Part shown: positions 37,340 through 48,690 of the stretch, one piece after another
Layout of the letters: each line of letters begins with the position of its first letter
How positions within the stretch are numbered: the first letter of the stretch is position 1
Assembly: GCF_964204645.1 (NCBI RefSeq)
Contig: NC_134029.1
Location: 7,280,850-7,344,849 of the forward strand
Source: Tubulanus polymorphus
Lineage: Eukaryota; Animalia; Nemertea
DNA length: 64,000 nucleotides
Direction: 5' to 3'
Notes under the pieces: model-generated
Database searches by the model: none
Told to the model about the DNA's origin: nothing
What the model saw: the letters and a program-made list of their open reading frames with translations, nothing else
Position numbers and translations under genes: made by a program

Positions 37340-39730
37340 ATGCTTCCCACGGATCGGAAAATCGTTCTTCAATTCTTCTTTATAACCTTTCCACATCTCA
37401 TCTCTTGCTTTCGGACTTATGAAAAGCGGTACATCCAAGCGAAAACAGCAAAAACCAAAGTGAAATTTCTGCAAGACTGCCTCAGCGAAAAGGTGATTCC
37501 TCGCTCCATGAACTGGATCAAGAAATTCGATTCGCATTCACCATTTCCGAAGCAAGCAAATTCTCATCTAAGATCAGCGATCGGCAAAGCTAAAGATGAT
37601 TGCGATTATCAATTCTTCAGATCTCGGCAAGCGCACAATTACCTCAGATCTCAACTTCCGGACCCGCATCTCTTCAACTTACTCAGCTCTATCGTTATGG
37701 ACTCCGGTAACCGTCATTTTTCTGACAATTCTTGTAAACTTAATTCGAAACTTCAACAGCTCATTATTCTTAGTCCTTGGACTAAGTTTAGCAACACGGA
37801 CATTATTGTGAATCTCTCCTCCGTTTCGCTCACGTTGTATCAACTTCAACTCCTTGGCTTCGGTTTGAACTTTTCTTTACCTCACCGCAAGACGAACATC
37901 CTGGATTTTATGTCGGAATTAGAACAGCGTAAGACATCTTCCTCAAATTTTGACTACAATTTTATGTTTATGAACTTACAAACTATTTGTGATAACCTCC
38001 GTTATAATTACTCAGAATTTTTACCTCGTCGTTTCAGGATTGCCCTCTCTGAACTCAGAAAACTAGACTCTGTTCGTATTTCAAAAGCTGATAAAGGTGG
38101 CAAAATTGTTCTCTTAGATATCTGTGATTATAATCAAAAAATGTTCTCCCTTCTCGGTGACTCTAATGTTTATAAACCATTGAAATCCAACCCTCTCTCA
38201 CGTATGCAAGCTTCATTCAATAAGAATCTGTCTGGTATTATCCAACGGTTTCCGGACTCTAAAGATATTCTTTCGAAATTTCAATCACGTCTACCCTCCC
38301 TACCTTATATCTATGGGCTCCCCAAAATCCATAAGAAAGATGTTCCGCTGCGCCCCATTGTATCTAATTGTAATTCGCCCTCTTATCGTTTATCCAAATT
38401 TCTGGCTAAACAATTATCACCGGCTCTTGGTTCTTTCTCCGCCTCGCATTTACGACACAACCAAGATTTATTAGAATGGTTAAAAAACATTATTCCTGGT
38501 AACGATAGATTCATTTCGTTTGATGCTAGTTCTCTTTTTACCAATGTTCCTCTTAGGCCTACCCTTGATTTTCTTAAACGGAAACTTCCTTCGTTGGATT
38601 TCAATTTTGACATTCCTACTGATTGTATTATCGAATTAATTGAACTTTGCACCCAGAACTCCTTTTTTAGTTTCAACAATTCATATTTCGAACAGGTTTT
38701 TGGCATGGCTATGGGGAACCCGCTTAGTCCCATTCTAGCAAATCTTTTCCTGGAACACGTTGAAACCGAATTACTACCTCTTTACACAGATACTCTCCCT
38801 AAACTTTGGTTACGATACGTTGATGATATTCTTGCCCTTATACCTTTTGACTTTGATATTGATCAATTTCTCACATTTATTAACTCTTTTTATCCCTCCT
38901 TGAACTTCACATTTGAATTGGAAGTTGATGGGAAAATCCCTTTCCTTGATGTTTGTATACACAATTGTTTGTCTTGTCTAAAATTCTCGGTTTATAGGAA
39001 ACCTACCCACTCTGGAACATACCTACATTATTTCTCCTTCACCGCTCATAACATTAAACTTAGTGTTGCCCAAAGCTTATTCCTTCGCGCATTAAGGATT
39101 TGTGACCCCCTTTTCTTGGATGATGAACTAACCCAGATCAAGACCTCTCTTAATAAATTAGCTTACCCCGACGACATTTTGAATAAAGCTCTCTTGAGAG
39201 CCCGTCGTTCACATTTCAGTCACTCTCAAGGGACCCGCGCGCGTAAACAGCCTATTATTGTACCTTTTGTTCCTTTTCTGGAAAAATCTAAAACTCCCCT
39301 CCATCTCTTAAACAAACAACTCATTTTTACTTATAACAACAAACTTAGTCGTAATCTTACTCATAACTCCCCCAAAATTGAACCCCTGAACATTGGTGTA
39401 TATAAAATTCCCTGTAAAGTTTGTAACAAAATATATATCGGCGAAACCGGACGCGATTTACACAAGCGCATTCGTGAACATAAGAATGATGTAAAGAATT
39501 TTAAGCCTGAAAGCGGTGTTGCTAATCACGTATACGAAACCAGCCACAATTTTGATTTTGAAAAAGCCTCCATAATTTTCCCCTGTTCAGAAAAGATTAA
39601 ACGACACATTATGGAATCGGCCCTGATTATTGAAAACTTGGAAAATTGTGTTAATTTGAATAACGGTTTTTCCCCCCACAACATTTTGATCTCCAAATTT
39701 CTCGCTTCTCTTGTACCCCCGTTATACTAA
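37340..39730 (+). CDS. Penelope-like reverse transcriptase + GIY-YIG endonuclease, 796 aa, intact
   Basis: Protein identical to 32709-35099 in the ORF track. Confidence 0.95.
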   Translation: MLPTDRKIVLQFFFITFPHLISCFRTYEKRYIQAKTAKTKVKFLQDCLSEKVIPRSMNWIKKFDSHSPFPKQANSHLRSAIGKAKDDCDYQFFRSRQAHNYLRSQLPDPHLFNLLSSIVMDSGNRHFSDNSCKLNSKLQQLIILSPWTKFSNTDIIVNLSSVSLTLYQLQLLGFGLNFSLPHRKTNILDFMSELEQRKTSSSNFDYNFMFMNLQTICDNLRYNYSEFLPRRFRIALSELRKLDSVRISKADKGGKIVLLDICDYNQKMFSLLGDSNVYKPLKSNPLSRMQASFNKNLSGIIQRFPDSKDILSKFQSRLPSLPYIYGLPKIHKKDVPLRPIVSNCNSPSYRLSKFLAKQLSPALGSFSASHLRHNQDLLEWLKNIIPGNDRFISFDASSLFTNVPLRPTLDFLKRKLPSLDFNFDIPTDCIIELIELCTQNSFFSFNNSYFEQVFGMAMGNPLSPILANLFLEHVETELLPLYTDTLPKLWLRYVDDILALIPFDFDIDQFLTFINSFYPSLNFTFELEVDGKIPFLDVCIHNCLSCLKFSVYRKPTHSGTYLHYFSFTAHNIKLSVAQSLFLRALRICDPLFLDDELTQIKTSLNKLAYPDDILNKALLRARRSHFSHSQGTRARKQPIIVPFVPFLEKSKTPLHLLNKQLIFTYNNKLSRNLTHNSPKIEPLNIGVYKIPCKVCNKIYIGETGRDLHKRIREHKNDVKNFKPESGVANHVYETSHNFDFEKASIIFPCSEKIKRHIMESALIIENLENCVNLNNGFSPHNILISKFLASLVPPLY

Positions 39731-40048
39731 TTCCCTCATTGTTTTGCCTTTATCATAGTTTGCTTGTTTCCACTCACTCACTGATTATCGCCTTTCATGT
39801 TCCTTCTCTTTGTTTTATTTGATTACCCCTTAGCTTGTCCTCCCGTTTTAATCACTTTAGCTTGTGTCTTTGTTTATTAATTACTTTAATCTACATTGCC
39901 CCTAGTTTGCCTTGCTTACTTTAGCATTGTTTTCTAGTTGTTATGTCATTACTTTAATCTATTCCCCTTTCAATATTTTAATCACTCACTCTGCTTCTAT
40001 TGTTTTGGTCTTGTATAAATATCTTGTAATATTCTCCTGTACTCAGTA

Positions 40049-40088
40049 CGCCTGATGATGGCTAATAGTCTTTAGCCGAAACGTTGCG
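40049..40088 (+). ncRNA. Minimal type I hammerhead ribozyme in the Penelope 3' repeat
   Basis: Same sequence as 37193-37232, 2856 bp downstream. Confidence 0.82.
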
Positions 40089-41341
40089 CAAATATATATA
40101 ACTCTTCTATTCAAGTTTCTCGTTTTGGCTGAACTTATTGTGGGATTTCTCTTGTTATCTTCTTACACGGATATTGTGTATCTTCTCGTCTCATGATTCG
40201 TGACATACATCATCACGACGTAACCAACCACGGAAATTACCGACAGCTGCCGGGAACCAGCGTATATTTCTCAATTACTAACATTAAACAAATTGACGGT
40301 TTAAGATTATTTATAAATTATTATTTTTATTTTAGATCCCGGTCTACAGTCTCTGAACGGATGAATCATTTTTCCAACGTAAATCAGTAAATGATTAGGT
40401 GGCAAACATCAAGAATTTGCTAATAACAGTGGTCGCAACGTGTCAGAGGCTGTGGTAGGACTGTTACTTGATAGTGACTTGCTCGTAGTAGCTTCGTGAC
40501 TCCGATGTACAATATCCCTTTATCCAGATTCTCACATCCAAAATTATATTTGGTTGATAAGTTTTTCTTGAAGTCTCTACGATCGGAGGGCTCTCATGTG
40601 CTTCCCGAGTGAATATTCCCAATTTTGTATTCATACTTAATGCCATCGCGAGGTTGAGTGTGTGGGTTGAGTGTTTGTGCCGGTGTAAGAGCCAAATGTC
40701 AGAGAATCGCTTTGCTAATGTGCTCAGTCGTCTAACTAAACTAGTTATTTTGGTTTAAGAATTGATATTCTACTAATCATTGCCTTCGCCATTGCATCTC
40801 ATAACATCTTCATTGGAATTGACAGCGAAGGCAACGTAGATGTTCTTAAATATTTTAGTTTTTCCGGCCAATGATATTATTATAGTTACGTATGGCAGTA
40901 GGAAATGTTGTGGTGATTGACTAGACGACGCACAGAAAAAGACACATGGTTGACTATTTCGATGCTTGGGGTTTTTCTAAGGTGTCTTCTTCTTGAAAAA
41001 GGTGAATGTAGTTACTGCTGACGGGATGGCTATCAAACAAACGCACCTATTGCAATAAGTAGCAACTGGCCGTCCGCGATACTATCGTACTTCTACTTCT
41101 TCCAGGCAAAAACTTCTCCCTCATTATGTGACAAATATCAAACTCGAAGGCCTAACTAACTAATTGGACAAGTAACGAAATCTCTGTCGTCGAATATAAC
41201 CAGTGGATTCCAAACGAATTTTGAAGAAATAACAATTTATTGGCTGTATAGGCCGTATAAACAAACAAATATATGAGACTCAGGCGGAGGTATTGGTCGT
41301 TACGAATCACATTCAGAGTATATACACGATCGAAGTGGATA

Positions 41342-42957
41342 TTAATTTCTTCGAACAGCATTGCAAATGAATAATCTGCGAAATCCGCGACGTAAATATC
41401 TAGCAAATTTTCTCATTTTTCCTACAAATAGAGAATATAAGTAAATTGTGAGTTAGAATGACAAATATAAATATTACAATTTCCATGTAACTCCATAAGA
41501 AGGGCTGAGAAACTGAATTTGAATTATGTCAACACCTGAAAAGTCAAATTTTTCATTCTTCAAGTCAGTGAAGCTCTTACCACGAGTTTCTGATTTACTG
41601 CGTCGTGTCGTCGGTTCTTCAGTTTTTGATCTGATACCCATCCCTGGTTTTTTGTTATTCTGCTCTCGTCCATCAAGCGATATTTCATCAATTTCAATTT
41701 CTTCCGTAATGACTATCTTTTCATCTATTGGTTCTGTAATTATGATAAAACAATAACGCATCTAGCAGCCTGCCATAGACCTGTTTAAAAAGGTTTCCTC
41801 AATCTTAGTGTAAAACATTTTTTCAGATTTCTTACCATTAAAACCGATGAACCCGTTGCCAGTAATGTTTAGTTTGGTTTCACATGTGGGCGGTATAACC
41901 GCTACAATCGGTTTAACTTGTACTTCGATATCATGTCTTTTGGTGCAATTTCTTTCGTCTGCATCAATCGATGATTTACCATCTTTGGATTCGGTGACAT
42001 GAATTTCGGCTTTTATCTCACGAGGCAGTGAATTCTCACTCACTGGTTTGTGTTTAGCTAAATGCTTTCCCACGTCTAGCTTTTCTTCGGAATAGCGTTT
42101 AAGTTGCACAGCTCCCATTCTGTTCAGTTTGGCAACGTCTCGTTGAGCTGCAGCCGATGTCAATTTTCTTTTATTTCCTGCAGCTTGGTGATCATTCGAC
42201 TTGTCTAAAACAGAAAAAAAACAGGAACATCCAACCCTGTTTCTATCGTTCAACTATTTGCATCATACTTTGTCACGTTCAAACTTACCATCGACCATCA
42301 CGGATGCCTGGCCCCACTGGCAGAAGTAAATTCCCGCCGATTTTACAAATCGATTAGCTCTCGGCTCCCACTTTATATCTCCATTTTCACTCACAACCGC
42401 CAGTTTGTATTCAGTTCCCAGTTGTTGTTCCGTCAGGTGACCTTCCCACCAGTTACTCTCGGGGATTCTCTGAAGAAATGTGCCATCGCTCCAACCGACG
42501 GTTTCGCCGAACATTTTAACCGTTTCGCCCGGGGATGTTTCATAATGAGTCAGTATCACGGCAAACCTCTGACGGATGGATAGCCAGAACAATTTTGTAA
42601 TACCTATACCTATAATAGCATAGGAATTTTAGGCTATCGTATGATTAAAGTAGGTTATAGTTGTTTTAGTTGAAAATTCATTTATTCAATTTGAAAACGG
42701 ATTTTCCATATTTATATATATGTTACCTGGAATTGTTCTTATGTTTTCCGCAGAGTAGAATTTGCCATTGAGGCAGAAAACGTTTTCGTTTTCGGAATCT
42801 GAAAAATGAAGATGAATTTTGTAAAACTTACATTTATCTAATTATGGGAATCAACTTCTGTAAAGGTTATGCTTTTACCATATTTTGGCGTCGTCTCGAC
42901 GCTCGATCTCAACACCCAATCAACAAAATTAGATACCATTTCGTCGGAATTTTCCAT
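41342..42957 (-). CDS. CBM20-like domain protein, copy 7
   Basis: Same exon structure as copy 1 (one E>G change). Confidence 0.78.
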
Positions 42958-44208
42958 TTTGTCGTAAAATAACAATTGCAAGCAAAAGCGCGCGTGTAAA
43001 AGCGATTTCACGTGTAGTGAAAACTGATGCTAACACAGCAACGCGGCAACAGCTACCTAGCAACTGATTCGTGACATACATCATTACGACGTAACCAACC
43101 ACGGAAATTACCGACAGCTGCCGGGAACCAGCGTATATTTCTCAATTACTAACATTAAACAAATTGACGGTTTAAGATTATTTATAAATTATTATTTTTA
43201 TTTTAGATCCCGGTCTACAGTCTCTGAACGGATGAATCATTTTTCCAACGTAAATCAGTAAATGATTAGGTGGCAAACATCAAGAATTTGCTAATAACAG
43301 TGGTCGCAACGTGTCAGAGGCTGTGGTAGGACTGTTACTTGATAGTGACTTGCTCGTAGTAGCTTCGTGACTCCGATGTACAATATCCCTTTATCCAGAT
43401 TCTCACATCCAAAATTATATTTGGTTGATAAGTTTTTCTTGAAGTCTCTACGATCGGAGGGCTCTCATGTGCTTCCCGAGTGAATATTCCCAATTTTGTA
43501 TTCATACTTAATGCCATCGCGAGGTTGAGTGTGTGGGTTGAGTGTTTGTGCCGGTGTAAGAGCCAAATGTCAGAGAATTGCTTTGCTAATGTGCTCAGTC
43601 GTCTAACTAGACTATATTTTGGTTTAAGAATTGATATTCTACTAATCATAGCCTTCGTCTTTGCATCTCATAACATCTTCATTGGAATTGACAGCGAAGG
43701 CAACGTAGATGTTCTTAAATATTTTAGTTTTTCCGGCCAATGATATTATTATAGTTACGTATGGCAGTAGGAAATGTTGTGGTGATTGACTTGACGACGC
43801 ACAGAAAAAGAAACATGGTTGACTATTTCGATGCTTGGGGTTTTTCAAAGGTGTCTTCTTCTTAAAGGTGAATGTAGTTACTGCTGACGGGATGGCTATC
43901 AAACAAACGCACCTATTGCAATAAGTAGCAACTGGCCGTCCGCGATACTATCGTACTTCTACTTCTTCCAGGCAAAAACTTCTCCCTCATTATGTGACAA
44001 ATATCAAACTCGAAGGCCTAACTAACTAACTGGACAAGTAACGAAATCTCTGTCGTCGAATATAACCAGTGGATTCCAAAAGATTTTTTGAAGAAATAAC
44101 AATTTATTGGCTGTATAGGCCGTATAAACAAACAAATATATGAGACTCAGGCGGAGGTATTGGTCGTTACGAATCACATTCAGAGTATATACACGATCGA
44201 AGTGGATA

Positions 44209-45821
44209 TTAATTTCTTCGAACAGCATTGCAAATGAATAATCTGCGAAATCCGCGACGTAAATATCTAGCAAATTTTCTCATTTTTCCTACAAATAGAG
44301 AATATAAGTAAATCGTGAGTTAGAATGACAAATATAAATATTACAATTTCCATGTAACTCCATAAGAAAGGCTGAGAAACTGAATTTGAATTATGTCAAC
44401 ACCTGAAAAGTCAAATTTTTCATTCTTCAAGTCAGTGAAGCTCTTACCACGAGTTTCTGATTTACTGCGTCCTGTCGTCGGTTCTTCAGTTTTTGATCTG
44501 ATACCCATCCCTGGTTTTTTGTTATTCTGCTCTCGTCCATCAAGCGATATTTCATCAATTTCAATTTCTTCCGTAATGACTATCTTTTCATCTATTGGTT
44601 CTGTAATTATGATAAAACAATAACGCATCTAGCAGCCTGCCATAGACCTGTTTAAAAAGGTTTCCTCAATCTTAGTGTAAAACATTTTTTCAGATTTCTT
44701 ACCATTAAAACCGATGAACCCGTTGCCAGTAATGTTTAGTTTGGTTTCACATGTGGGCGGTATAACCGCTACAATCGGTTTAACTTGTACTTCGATATCA
44801 TGTCTTTTGGTGCAATTTCTTTCGTCTGCATCAATCGATGATTTACCATCTTTGGATTTGGTGACATGAATTTCGGCTTTTATCTCACGAGGCAGTGAAT
44901 TCTCACTCACTGGTTTGTGTTTAGCTAAATGCTTTTCCACGTCTAGCTTTTCTTCGGAATAGCGTTTAAGTTGCACAGCTCCCATTCTGTTCAGTTTGGC
45001 AACGTCTCGTTGAGCTGCAGCCGATGTCAATTTTCTTTTATTTCCTGCAGCTTGGTGATCATTCGACTTGTCTAAAACAGAAAAAAAAACAGGAACATCC
45101 AACCCTGTTTCTATCGTTCAACTATTTGCATCATACTTTGTCACGTTCAAACTTACCATCGACCATCACGGATGCCTGGCCCCACTGGCAGAAGTAAATT
45201 CCCGCCGATTTTACAAATCGATTAGCTCTCGGCTCCCACTTTATATCTCCATTTTCACTCACAACCGCCAGTTTGTATTCAGTTCCCAGTTGTTGTTCCG
45301 TCAGGTGACCTTCCCACCAGTTACTCTCGGGGATTCTCTGAAGAAATGTGCCATCGCTCCAACCGACGGTTTCGCCGAACATTTTAACCGTTTCGCCCGG
45401 GGATGTTTCATAATGAGTCAGTATCACGGCAGACCTCTGACGGATTGATAGCCAGAACAATTTTGTAATACCTATAGAATAGCATAGGAATTTTAGGCTA
45501 TCGTATGATTAAAGTAGGTTATAGTTGTTTTAGTTGAAAATTCATTTATTCAATTTGAAAACGGATTTTCCATATTTATATATATGTTACCTGGAATTGT
45601 TCTTATGTTTTCCGCAGAGTAGAATTTGCCATTGAGGCAGAAAACGTTTTCGTTTTCGGAATCTGAAAAATGAAGATGAATTTTGTAAAACTTACATTTA
45701 TCTAATTATGGGAATCAACTTCTGTAAAGGTTATGCTTTTACCATATTTTGGCGTCGTCTCGACGCTCGATCTCAACACCCGATCAACAAAATTAGATAC
45801 CATTTCGTCGGAATTTTCCAT
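44209..45821 (-). CDS. CBM20-like domain protein, copy 8
   Basis: Same exon structure as copy 1. Confidence 0.78.
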
Positions 45822-47076
45822 TTTGTCGTAAAATAACAATTGCAAGCAAAAGCGCGCGTGTAAAAGCGATTTCACGTGTAGTGAAAACTGATGCTAACAC
45901 AGCAACGCGGCAACAGCTACCTAGCAACTGATTCGTGACATACATCATCACGACGTAACCAACCACGGAAATTACCGACAGCTGCCGGGAACCAGCGTAT
46001 ATTTCTCAATTACTAACATTAAACAAATTGACGGTTTAAGATTATCTATAAATTATTATTTTTATTTTAGATCCCGGTCTACAGTCTCTGAACGGATGAA
46101 TCATTTTTCCAACGTAAATCAGTAAATGATTAGGTGGCAAACATCAAGAATTTGCTAATAACAGTGGTCGCAACGTGGGAGAGGCTGTGGTAGGACTGTT
46201 ACTTGATAGTGACTTGCTCGTAGTAGCTTCGTGACTCCGATGTACAATAGCCCTTTATCCAGATTCTCACATCCAAAATTATATTTGGTTGATAAGTTTT
46301 TCTTGAAGTCTCTACGATCGGAGGGCTCTCATGTGCTTCCCGAGTGAATATTCCCAATTTTGTATTCATACTTAATGCCATCGCGAGGTTGAGTGTGTGG
46401 GTTGAGTGTTTGTGCCGGTGTAAGAGCCAAATGTCAGAGAATTGCTTTGCTAATGTGCTCAGTCGTCTAACTAGACTAGTTATTTTGGTTTAAGAATTGA
46501 TATTCTACTAATCATAGCCTTCGTCTTTGCATCTCATAACATCTTCATTGGAATTGACAGCGAAGGCAACGTAGATGTTCTTTAATATTTTAGTTTTTCC
46601 GGCCAATGATATTATTATAGTTACGTATGGCAGTAGGAAATGTTGTGGTGATTGACTAGACGACGCACAGAAAAAGACACATGGTTGACTATTTCGATGC
46701 TTGGGGTTTTTCTAAGGTGTCTTCTTCTTGAAAAAGGTGAATGTAGTTACTGCTGACGGGATGGCTATCAAACAAACGCACCTATTGCAATAAGTAGCAA
46801 CTGGCCGTCCGCGATACTATCGTACTTCTACTTCTTCCAGGCAAAAACTTCTCCCTCATTATGTGACAAATATCAAACTCGAAGGCCTAACTAACTAATT
46901 GGACAAGTAACGAAATCTCTGTCGTCGAATATAACCAGTGGATTCCAAACGAATTTTGAAGAAATAACAATTTATTGGCTGTATAGGCCGTATAAACAAA
47001 CAAATATATGAGACTCAGGCGGAGGTATTGGTCGTTACGAATCACATTCAGAGTATATACACGATCGAAGTGGATA

Positions 47077-48690
47077 TTAATTTCTTCGAACAGCATTGCA
47101 AATGAATAATCTGCGAAATCCGCGACGTAAATATCTAGCAAATTTTCTCATTTTTCCTACAAATAGAGAATATAAGTAAATCGTGAGTTAGAATGACAAA
47201 TATAAATATTACAATTTCCATGTAACTCCATAAGAAGGGCTGAGAAACTGAATTTGAATTATGTCAACACCTGAAAAGTCAAATTTTTCATTCTTCAAGT
47301 CAGTGAAGCTCTTACCACGAGTTTCTGATTTACTGCGTCGTGTCGTCGGTTCTTCAGTTTTTGATCTGATACCCATCCCTGGTTTTTTGTTATTCTGCTC
47401 TCGTCCATCAAGCGATATTTCATCAATTTCAATTTCTTCCGTAATGACTATCTTTTTATCTATTGGTTCTGTAATTATGATAAAACAATAACGCATCTAG
47501 CAGCCTGCCATAGACCTGTTTAAAAAGGTTTCCTCAATCTTAGTGTAAAACATTTTTTCAGATTTCTTACCATTAAAACCGATGAACCCGTTGCCAGTAA
47601 TGTTTAGTTTGGTTTCACATGTGGGCGGTATAACCGCTACAATCGGTTTAACTTGTACTTCGATATCATGTCTTTTGGTGCAATTTCTTTCGTCTGCATC
47701 AATCGATGATTTACCATCTTTGGATTCGGTGACATGAATTTCGGCTTTTATCTCACGAGGCAGTGAATTCTCACTCACTGGTTTGTGTTTAGCTAAATGC
47801 TTTTCCACGTCTAGCTTTTCTTCGGAATAGCGTTTAAGTTGCACAGCTCCCATTCTGTTCAGTTTGGCAACGTCTCGTTGAGCTGCAGCCGATGTCAATT
47901 TTCTTTTATTTCCTGCAGCTTGGTGATCATTCGACTTGTCTAAAACAGAAAAAAAACAGGAACATCCAACCCTGTTTCTATCGTTCAACTATTTGCATCA
48001 TACTTTGTCACGTTCAAACTTACCATCGACCATCACGGATGCCTGGCCCCACTGGCAGAAGTAAATTCCCGCCGATTTTACAAATCGATTAGCTCTCGGC
48101 TCCGACTTTATATCTCCATTTTCACTCACAACCGCCAGTTTGTATTCAGTTCCCAGTTGTTGTTCCGTCAGGTGACCTTCCCACCAGTTACTCTCGGGGA
48201 TTCTCTGAAGAAATGTGCCATCGCTCCAACCGACGGTTTCGCCGAACATTTTAACCGTTTCGCCCGGGGATGTTTCATAATGAGTCAGTATCACGGCAGA
48301 CCTCTGACGGATTGATAGCCAGAACAATTTTGTAATACCTATAGAATAGCATAGGAATTTCAGACTATCGTATGATTAAAGTAGGTTATAGTTGTTTTAG
48401 TTGAAAATTCATTTATTCAATTTGAAAACGGATTTTCCATATTTATATATATGTTACCTGGAATTGTCCTTATGTTTTCCGCAGAGTAGAATTTGCCATT
48501 GAGGCAGAAAACGTTTTCGTTTTCGGAATCTGAAAAATGAAGAGAAAAATTTTGTAAAACTTACATTTATCTTATTATAGGAATCAACTTCTGTAAAGGT
48601 TATGCTTTTACCATATTTTGGCGTCGTCTCGACGCTCGATTTCAACACCCGATCAACAAAATTAGATACCATTTAGTCGGAATTTTCCAT
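47077..48690 (-). pseudogene. CBM20-like gene copy 9, probably compromised
   Basis: Codon 6 GAA>TAA (48675), followed by an in-frame ATG; conserved WEP Trp changed to Ser (48104). Confidence 0.6.

Larger units (their letters stand above)
32284..40193. mobile_element. Palindromic Penelope-like element insertion: two divergent partial-tandem (pLTR + full ORF) copies joined head-to-head
   Basis: Mirror symmetry about 36219/36220 (35099<->37340, 32709<->39730); TSD TGATTCGTGACATA at 32270-32283 and 40194-40207. Confidence 0.95.
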
